A stretch of DNA of 64,000 nucleotides, taken from Chrysochromulina tobinii. Its lineage: Eukaryota. Positions 22,589 to 30,639 of this stretch are shown piece after piece. The first letter of the stretch is position 1. The number at the start of each line of letters is the position of its first letter. The notes beneath the pieces were generated by a model. That model was not told the DNA's origin, searched no databases, and saw nothing but the letters and a program-made list of their open reading frames with translations. The DNA lies in the NCBI GenBank assembly GCA_001275005.1, contig JWZX01003377.1, positions 1 through 64,000 of the forward strand, written 5' to 3'. Made by a program: the position numbers and the translations under genes.

Positions 22589-24454
22589 CTACTCTGCATT
22601 GGCCGTCCACCACTGCTCACCAAGGCGGTCCCACTTGCTACCCTTGGGCGGCGCGAGCGGCTTGGTCCCCTCCTTCTTGCGCCCGCCAAACTTGGACACG
22701 ATGATCTTGACGAGCTCGGGCACGAGATCATCGTGATCGAGCGGGATGCCCTTCTTGTACGGCTCCAGAGAGAGGAAGGCGTGCTCACCAATTTTGCCGC
22801 CTACGAAGAGGTCGCAGCCAGGCACGGCCTTATCCTTCCCCTCGGCCTCGTTGAACTTCTTCGCGGGCGCACCCATGATACCTATGTCGGCCACCTGCAC
22901 CTGGCCGCACGAGTTCGGACAGCCGGTCCAGTGGATGCGGAGCGGGCGCGGCACCTCGACGAGCGCCTCTAGTTTGCGAGCGACCGCGTCCGCGTTATTC
23001 TTCGTCTCCACCAGCGCAAGTCCGCAGAACTGAGCGCCCGTGCACGAGACGGTGTGCCCGATGATGTGGCCCGGGTACACCGAGAACCGGCCAGCGTTCA
23101 GGGCCGGCTCGGCGAGGAGGGCATCGACACGCTCGACAGGCACGTTGGGCAGGATGATGTTCTGCTCGACCGTCAGTCGCAGCTCGCCAGCAGAGTACTC
23201 GTCCGCAAGCTTGGCGAGCGTGCGGCACTCGTCGGCTGAGAGGCGTCCGACGGGCACGTGCACGCCCACGCGCACGAGCGCCGGGTTGGGCTGCGCGTGC
23301 ACTCCGAGGAGCTCGCGCCGCTCGAAGAGCGTCTCCGGCTCGGGCTGCGCGCGCTGAGCCAGCGTCGCCAGCTTCGCGCCATTCTTGGCCATCTCCGCCA
23401 GCACAGCCTCTCTGAACTTCTCGACGCCATACTCCTCTACGAGCCACATGAGACGCGCCTTTTGACGGTCGCCACGCGCGCCCTCGTCGCGGAAGATGCG
23501 CAGGATCGCATCGCACAGCTGGACGGAATGTTCGACCTCCGCCGGCAGCCACAGATCCATAGGGATAGAGGCAGCCACGCGCTTGATACTCATGTACCCT
23601 CCGAGAACGACGTTGAAACCCATCGCACCCGTCTCCTTGTGCGCGACGGGCACGAGTCCGATGTCGTTGATATGCGTGTGCGCGTAGTCGTCGCGCGAGC
23701 CCGAGATGGCAATGTTAAACTTGCGAGGCAGATTTCCCCACTTGGGGTTGCCACGTGCTCCGGTCGCGCTGTCGATCGTGTACCAATCATTGAGGGCGTC
23801 ACAGTACGGGCGCGTGTCAACGAGCTCAGCGGGGTCGATGCCCGCGAGGGGCGAGCCGACCATGTTACGCACGTTGTCGAGTGCCGACTGGAACGAGGTC
23901 TGGTTGCGCACGTGCAGCCCGTCGATGATCTTGTCTGCGTCCTCGAGCGCGACGCCACGCAGCTGAATGTTCTGGCGCGTGGTGATGTCGACGACGCCGA
24001 TCTCGGGCCCATAGGGCTCGACGCACTCGGCGTAGAATCGCATCTGCTCGGCGGTGACGATGCCGTTAGGCGTCCGCAGGCGCATCATGAAGCGGCCTGG
24101 CGTGCGCTTTCCACGGTGCAGCAGACCAACCCACTTGAGGCGCTGGTCCATGTCATTCTTCTCAACCTCCTCCCACGTGAGCGTGCCCGCGCGGATGGCC
24201 TTGGCGATCTCGTAAACATCGGTGAACGCGGAGGTGCCGTCCTTGGCGAGCTTGAGTTTCTCAATCGGGTTGCCCGTTTTGGCACGCTCGATCGTCTCCT
24301 CGGACAGAAAGGAAGTGCCCGTCGGGACTTTGAGCGAGAGGGCGCGCGAACGGCCGACGGCCGGCGCCGGCGCGAATGCAAAGGCGTGGTCCAGCTGTAG
24401 CGCCGACGTGGCGTGCAGCGCCGCGACGGACGCGGCAAGGTGCGTGTAGCGCAT
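22589..24454 (-). CDS. NII1: Ferredoxin-nitrite reductase, plastid-targeted
   Basis: RLKWVGL, FMMRLRTPNG, DITTRQNIQLR, NLPRKFNIA, and siroheme/4Fe-4S ligands CTGAQFC and GCPNSCG. Signal peptide followed by an AFAFAP-type leader. Confidence 0.97.
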   Translation of the reverse strand: MRYTHLAASVAALHATSALQLDHAFAFAPAPAVGRSRALSLKVPTGTSFLSEETIERAKTGNPIEKLKLAKDGTSAFTDVYEIAKAIRAGTLTWEEVEKNDMDQRLKWVGLLHRGKRTPGRFMMRLRTPNGIVTAEQMRFYAECVEPYGPEIGVVDITTRQNIQLRGVALEDADKIIDGLHVRNQTSFQSALDNVRNMVGSPLAGIDPAELVDTRPYCDALNDWYTIDSATGARGNPKWGNLPRKFNIAISGSRDDYAHTHINDIGLVPVAHKETGAMGFNVVLGGYMSIKRVAASIPMDLWLPAEVEHSVQLCDAILRIFRDEGARGDRQKARLMWLVEEYGVEKFREAVLAEMAKNGAKLATLAQRAQPEPETLFERRELLGVHAQPNPALVRVGVHVPVGRLSADECRTLAKLADEYSAGELRLTVEQNIILPNVPVERVDALLAEPALNAGRFSVYPGHIIGHTVSCTGAQFCGLALVETKNNADAVARKLEALVEVPRPLRIHWTGCPNSCGQVQVADIGIMGAPAKKFNEAEGKDKAVPGCDLFVGGKIGEHAFLSLEPYKKGIPLDHDDLVPELVKIIVSKFGGRKKEGTKPLAPPKGSKWDRLGEQWWTANAE

Positions 24455-24509
24455 GATGACGTCGGAGTTTCAGGTGGTCCAAAGACGGACGGGGAGGACC
24501 GAAGAGCAT

Positions 24510-24518
24510 GTCTCTCGG
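24510..24518 (-). promoter_or_regulatory. Candidate nitrate-regulon element CCGAGAGAC upstream of NiR
   Basis: Reverse complement of gtctctcgg. The 12-mer GTCTCTCGGCAA (24510-24521) is identical to 30260-30271. About 56 bp before ATG 24454. Confidence 0.6.
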
Positions 24519-25186
24519 CAAAACTGCAAGTTTGCAGGTCTAGTTTGGCAGTCATCATCTTTTCGATGAATCGACTTGCCAAATCAAGCAACCAATCAAG
24601 CAATAGAGGACGGAGCTGTGTGTCCTGTGGGCGGAGCTATTAAGTTCGCACACTGAATGAACGATGAAGAGCGAACATAACATCACAGAGATAGGCACAG
24701 CACGAGACAACAATCATCCACAGACTCGAGAGTCACACACGTGGCCGTCCGCGAACGCGCGAGAGACGCCGAACTCGCCTCGGCCACATAGCACACACAT
24801 AGCACAGAGCTAGAACAGTCTTGCAGTCCTTTGTCCTCCCCATGCGTTCTCGCTCGCCTCGGCGAGCGCCTCTGCCTAGCTCTCTAGACCACACGAGCCC
24901 CCCAACTGGCTAGAGACGAGCACAACTAGCATCTCCACTCTAGACTGCCATCTGTGGCGCGCACGCCCCCATGCCATCTCCTACGCCCCTGCCCATGCCC
25001 CCCGCCTGCCGAGACGTACCTCACGCGAACTCGCCCCTGCTGTGTGCACCGTGTACGGCCGGCGGCCGGCGCCCACGACGGCGCCCATGAAGAGAGGCGC
25101 GCGCCTGATCTCGATCGTGATCGCCCCCACCCACACTTACCCCGCACTGGAAGCAGCAGTGCACTTTCGATGCGGCGTGTGGCCGG

Positions 25187-28100
25187 CTAGAAGCAGTGCA
25201 CGTTCGCGGCGACGTGGCCGGCCTTCTCGAGGTTCGGCTTGCATGCAAAGTTGATCATCGGAGGCGGGCCGCACATGAAGATCACCGTCTTCTCGGCCGG
25301 TTTCGGCAGGTGCGCCTCGACCATCTCCTGGTTAATGAAGCCAATCGAGTACTTCCATGGCTGCTCCTCTGGCTGCACGTCAAGGGTGTACCACACCTGC
25401 ATGCGATGCCATTTGTGACCGTCAGCGATCATCAGTGTGCAATCAGAGTGCAATCAGAGTGCAATCAGGGTGGACTCATCGGGCACTCGCGTGCACTCAG
25501 CTGGCACTCAGATGGCAACAAGAGGCGCCGCTCACCGACACGCGTGGATCCTTTGCGAGCTCATCGAGGAGATCCTTGCAGAGGATGTCGTCCACAGTCC
25601 GGTTGGCGAAGAGGATCGAGATCTTCAGATTGCGCGCCTTGTTGGCGACAAGCGCGTGGCACGTCTGGAGCACGGGGATGATGCCCGATGACGAAGCTCA
25701 TTAGTGGCAATCAAGTACGATCAAGGGCAATCACGGGAGATCGCACCTGGAGCACGGGTGTGATGCCCGAGCCGCCGGCGATGAAGCCGATCGTGTCGAA
25801 GGGTGTCTTATCCCCCGAGGGTGTGTGCGTGAAGGTCGTGAGCGAGTCGGTGTTGAAGATGCCCTTCGGATGCATGACCTCGGTGTTGAAGATGTACCTG
25901 TGGTGAGGGGGAGGCCATCCGTGTGAGGGGAGGCCATCCATGTGAGGGGGAGCCAGTCCGTGGCCATCAGCGGCTGATGAGGGAGGCAATCAGTGGCTGA
26001 TTAGGCAGGCAATCCGTGAGAGAGGGAGGCAGTCCGTGGCCATCAGCGGCACTCGAGAGCACTCAGCGGCCCTCAGCGGCAAAACTGGACGTACTCGCCG
26101 AGCGGCCCCTTGACGTCGATCGTGTCGCCCTCCTTGAGACCCTCGAGGATCTGCGTGAGCTTGCCTCCATCGGGGAAGCGCGGGTGCACGTTGGCAAAGT
26201 ACACCTTGATGACGAAGTCGACGTACCCCGCGCCGCAGCCCATGGGAGTGTACGCGCGCATCACGTTGGCGCCATCGGGCCCCTTGGCTCGAATGAAGAG
26301 GTGCTGCCCCACTGGCAGCCCGAGCTCATGCTCCTTGGAGGGCAGCTGGAAGCGGAAGACGCGCGTGTCGTGCGAGATCGTCTTCTTCCACTCCAGCGGC
26401 AGCGTCACGTACTTGGCCTTGTCGAGGGTGAGAGGCGGACCGGCGGGTGTGGCAGGCGGCGGAACGGGCAGCGCGCCGGCCGGCTTGGCGCCAGCGAGCT
26501 CGCCAATGTAGTACTCGTCGAGCAGCTTCCACGCCTTGCTGGAGTGCAGCGCCTCGAAGTCCTCTGTGCAGTCCTGGCCGGCGGTGATCAAGATAGAGGC
26601 TTCGCCGCCTGGATGCAGGGGCAGGTACTTGGTCGCGTCGTACACCTGATGAGGGACGCAATCAGACTAGAGCTCAGTGGCCATCCGAGGCACCCACGAG
26701 GCACTCACGAGGCACTCGCACCTTCCCCTTGACGACGATCCAAACGTCCTCCTTTGTATTGTGCTTGGCAACGTCCTCGAGGGAGTACGTCTTGGCGCTG
26801 GCCGGTGGCGCCGCCTTGGGCGCCTCCACGACGGCTGCGCCCGCCTTACCAAACACCCTCTCCTCGAACCAGCCGCCGAAGTTGCCTGGGCCCGCGAGGG
26901 TCGGGTGCTGGAATTTTAGGGCGGGCATCTTCGTCCTCGGGTCGATGATGCGGTGTACCTTGACGCGAAAGTAGGAGTTGTTCATCATGCCCATCACATT
27001 CCACGTGAGGGCCTCGGGCTGACGATTCATCGCCGCGTCCCAGCCGCGGCACAGGAGCTCGGGCGTCTCGCACTCGTAGATCTTGCTCAACGGCACCTCG
27101 AGCTTAAAGAAGACCCAGCACCAGTAACGGCCATACCTAATGAGGGAAGGTCATCGGAGGCACTCAGAGACCATTCCATGGTACTCGCGGCGCCGTGGTT
27201 GAGCACACGTACTCGGTAGGCGTCTCCGGATGTGTGAGCTCGGACAGAGTCCATGACTTGCCGCCGTCGATCGAGACCTCGACGCGGATCACCTTGCGCC
27301 CGCCGCCGGTGTAGCAGTACCCGCTGATCGGGTACGTCTGATCCGGCTTGCTCAAAGGAACGACTTCGAGATGGCCCGGGTAAGCGATGGCCGAGTTGAT
27401 GTTGAGCTCGTTAATGATGTAATCGGGCTTGTACCACCAGCCCTCGGCGTTGGCGATCTCGGCGGTCACGTGCTCGGGCAGCACGCGGTTGTCGTTGAAG
27501 TGGAAGAAGTTGTCGCTCTCCTCCGTGGTCACCTGATGAGGAATGCAATCAGAGGCTCAGACGCTCCGTGGCAGAGGCCATCCGAGGGTCATCAGAGGGT
27601 CAAAAACGGGCCCTCAGAGACGCAACCTGACACGTAATCACGCACCGTGATTTCGTTGAGCCATTTGATCATGCGACCGCCGATGTACCCGGGGATGATC
27701 AAGCGCAGCGGGTAGCCGTGATCAGGTGTGAGCCGCGCGCCGTTCTGCTCCCAGGCCAGGAGCACGTCGCACGCCGGATCCATCGCCGTGAAGTAGGTGA
27801 TCGAGGTGCCGTACCGGCCCTTCGGCATCTTCTCTACCCCGACGAAGCACACGTGGTTCGCGCCCTCCTTAGGCGTCTTGATGCCGCAGGCTTTGAGAAC
27901 GTCGCACAGACGCACGCCCTTCCACACCGAGGTGCCGACGCCCGAGGCGCCCCAGTTGAAGCCGATAGTCTGCGCGGTGAGATTCTCCTCCTTGCGCCGG
28001 TTACCCGCGCACACGAGCGTGATCGGCAGCTCGCGTGACGGCAGCTTAAGAAGGTCATCCATGGTGAACGTCGTCGGCTTGCCCACGAGGCCCGTGACGC

Positions 28101-28552
28101 TCAGCCGGTGCTCCTCCCACTTGATGTTCGGCACGGCGCCGTGGTTGCGCACGTAGTGCAGCCTGCATGCGGCGAGAGCCGACGGCCGACCACGCAACAA
28201 GCACGCTCAGTTAGAGCGGCGTGCCGATGAAGCGCATGCCCGGGCACGCAGAACGCACGCCCAGGCACGCAGAACGCACGGAAGTGGCGGGCAAGCTGGA
28301 ACGCCTTTGCAGGGCAGCAACGGGGCATAAAGCTGGCACTCACGCAGCAGGTGTGATGAAGCCGCACTCCATGAGCTTGGGCAGCGGCGGCTCGACGTTG
28401 AAGGGGTGCTTGCCGGTCAGGCGCACGAGATCAGGGTGGCGTGGGATCCAGTTATCGGGCGTGTCTTTGTCCCTCTCGTCAATATCCTTGAGATCGATCT
28501 CCGTGGAGTGGAGCGGCGATGGGATTGTCATAGATCCGACGCCGGACGACAT
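25187..28552 (-). CDS. NIA1: Assimilatory nitrate reductase (Moco, dimer, cyt b5, FAD and NAD(P)H domains), 8 exons, 833 aa
   Basis: Exons 28552-28344, 28162-27646, 27532-27213, 27136-26722, 26645-26095, 25897-25747, 25664-25536, 25396-25187. All introns are GT-AG and in frame (2502 nt total). Motifs RLTGKHPFN, LHYVRNHG, LVCAGNRRKE, DHGYPLR, YWCWVFF, WNVMGMMNN, HPGG, RAYTP, AGGSGITP, CGPPPM. Confidence 0.96.
25397..28343 (-). other. Seven NR introns (28343-28163, 27645-27533, 27212-27137, 26721-26646, 26094-25898, 25746-25665, 25535-25397); six share a degenerate CTGA(T/G)TGCC repeat signature
   Basis: Splice sites deduced from frame continuity. The shared 3' end ...(c)cctcatYag is seen in introns 2, 3 and 4 and also in the CNX2 intron. 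Confidence 0.8.
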
Positions 28553-28641
28553 GGCTCAGTGCTGAGATGGCAGCGATCTACGGGAAGAAGATGCCGATCC
28601 TTCGTTCGCGGGAGACAGCGGGAGAGAATTTCCTAATACAA

Positions 28642-28650
28642 CCGAGAGAC
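28642..28650 (+). promoter_or_regulatory. Candidate nitrate-regulon element CCGAGAGAC in the bidirectional NR / cytochrome b5 promoter
   Basis: The 14-mer CAACCGAGAGACAG is identical to the one upstream of CNX2. Confidence 0.6.
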
Positions 28651-28809
28651 AGAGGGACTGCGTTTCCAAACAAGGACAGCATGCCCACCAGAACTAAAGA
28701 GCGTCGTCGGGTGGTGGCGGCGGCGGAGTAGCAGAGAACATCTAAACAACCCCGACGGTACTCTCGTGAACTATTGACGAAGTCGGCGTCGGCGGCACAC
28801 GAGGCGCAA

Positions 28810-29229
28810 ATGGACGACGATGGCGCTGATCTCTCGGCTTACCCGGTTGATGCGCCGACGGACGTGACCGCTGCAGTGAGGGATGCACGAGCTTGCCTGA
28901 AAGCGTGGCCCACCTACACGCTCGACGACGTAAGCAAGCACAGGACCAAGGACGACTGCTGGATTGTTGTCAACGACTGCGTGATAGACATGACATCTCA
29001 CGTTCGTAACCACCCGGGATGGAGCAACGGCAGCAAGGTGTCGACTTTGCTCGCCATCTTGTCGGCCATGGGACAAGACTGTACCGATGATTTTGAGACG
29101 GTCCATTCTCAGCATGCAAAACGACAGCTTGTGGCCTTCAAGATTGGTGTGCTCGAGCAGCCAAATAAAGGTGTGCGCAGCATACGATACCGAACGTGGG
29201 AGGAGCTCGAGGCCGCAGGAGTGGTGTGA
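28810..29229 (+). CDS. Stand-alone cytochrome b5-like heme-binding protein
   Basis: YTLDDVSKHRTKDDCWIVV, HPGW and GQDCTDDFETVHS retain both axial histidines. Divergent from NR. Confidence 0.88.
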   Translation: MDDDGADLSAYPVDAPTDVTAAVRDARACLKAWPTYTLDDVSKHRTKDDCWIVVNDCVIDMTSHVRNHPGWSNGSKVSTLLAILSAMGQDCTDDFETVHSQHAKRQLVAFKIGVLEQPNKGVRSIRYRTWEELEAAGVV

Positions 29230-29274
29230 TCCATTCGACACAAGAAATGCGAGGCACCTGCACCGTCCATTCTG

Positions 29275-29480
29275 CACCTGCACCGTCGCCAACTGAAAGG
29301 TGAGGCACTGCGACTCGACCTTGTCAACTCGCCTGCAAATGGCTTGATCTCATCGCGGTCAACACGCGCATCACCGCCCGCGACCCGGCGATGGACTGCA
29401 TCCACTCGCACAAAGACGAGCTCCTCAGGGCGTGGCTGCGTACTCGAATCATCTCGTCTCCGTGCCTGCAGATGGCGGTT
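29275..29480 (+). pseudogene. Degenerate fragment of an NRT2 copy
   Basis: cgcgacccggcgatggactgcatccactcgcacaaagacgagctcctc closely matches NRT2 32311-32358. The flanks align with indels to about 32185-32410. Confidence 0.8.
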
Positions 29481-29885
29481 ACATGGGCGCAACGACCGGC
29501 GCCTAGCCGGCCGACAGCTCGCGGCGGGATACGTGCGGATCTTTACCTTGAAAATGGAAGATATGGGCCGCTTAGAGCCTTTCATTGTAGATCAAAACAT
29601 GAACCAACATTGTCACACAGGGCATTCAAGGACGGGAAAGGTTGCCACCGCGCACCGAGTCACTGTCGGACACAGCCACGCTGTAAAACGCATGTATCAT
29701 GCGGGTACACGGTAGGCCGGCGCCTGCTCAAATTGTAAGAGTTCAATGGGCCAGAATCGCAGACCGCATGCATCGTACGGCAGATTCACTCGGGAGTGGC
29801 AGAGGAGCGGCGGAGCGGCCGCGAAACGACTTCGCGAGGTCTACCACATCACGATGTGCGCAGCCCTTTTGATGGCTGCAGATGC

Positions 29886-30194
29886 TCAACTCTTCTTCTT
29901 CGTCGTCGAACCCCCAGTCGTCGCCGCTCTGGCCTTCTTCTCTTCGGCCTCCCGCTCGCCTTTGGTTGACATCCGATCCGCCTCCTCGCGCAGCTTCTTC
30001 CGCCACTCCGAGTCCTCCATCTTTTCCGTGAGAAGAGACCCGATCCACATTGCCATAAGCATCCAAGTCGCTGTCTTTGCCCAAGCGCTGGAGTCCATGT
30101 GCGGGAACATCGCGAAGGTGATTGCCACCGGCATCAGCATCGACTTCAATGGTGGCATCCTTGTCGGCATGAGCGAGCGGATGAACGCTGCCAT
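29886..30194 (-). CDS. Orphan 102-aa small membrane protein, head-to-head with NRT2
   Basis: ATG-initiated ORF with two moderately hydrophobic segments, a charged tail and C-terminal KKKS. The shared promoter element lies upstream. Confidence 0.6.
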   Translation of the reverse strand: MAAFIRSLMPTRMPPLKSMLMPVAITFAMFPHMDSSAWAKTATWMLMAMWIGSLLTEKMEDSEWRKKLREEADRMSTKGEREAEEKKARAATTGGSTTKKKS

Positions 30195-30259
30195 CCTCGA
30201 TCGCGGTTGGACGACGAAGAGGCTCGCGGCACGAAAGGGGGACGCGCCCTCTCGCGCTA

Positions 30260-30268
30260 GTCTCTCGG
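30260..30268 (-). promoter_or_regulatory. Candidate nitrate-regulon element CCGAGAGAC upstream of the 102-aa orphan
   Basis: 12-mer identical to the NiR promoter copy. About 66 bp before ATG 30194. Confidence 0.58.
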
Positions 30269-30573
30269 CAATTCGTCACAACTTTCGGGAAAAGGACACA
30301 TGTTCACTCAACCTTTCCACGGTGTGTCTGTGTCTCAATAACTCACTCACTCACTCACTCAACTAGGAACCCTAATCATTAATCGCGTACTTCTTGTTAA
30401 ACGTGAGAACCACGACGCGAGTGTGATCGTAAAATAAGTTTGATCGCCGATCCTCAGCGTATGTGCGTGCAGAAATAATATGATGCACTTAAATGAAGTT
30501 TCGTTACAAAGTTGCCGCTGATTTCTATCCGCGGTCTTGGAACTCTCCTTTTTTGGTCGCTCTTTAGACGCAA

Positions 30574-30582
30574 GCGAGAGAC
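30574..30582 (+). promoter_or_regulatory. Candidate nitrate-regulon element GCGAGAGAC upstream of NRT2
   Basis: CAAGCGAGAGACAA (30571-30584) matches the CNX2/NR 14-mer at 12 of 14 positions. About 58 bp before ATG 30640. Confidence 0.6.
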
Positions 30583-30639
30583 AAACACACAGACCGTCCC
30601 CTCGTGAAGTCGGGCCTTTTGCATCGATCTGCTTCCGCC

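Noticed and set aside
10996..30582. Promoter motif contains TGTCTC (plant auxin response element) next to an ISS1-like gene
   Set aside because: There is no evidence for ARF-type signalling in this lineage, and the motif tracks nitrate genes, not the aminotransferase.
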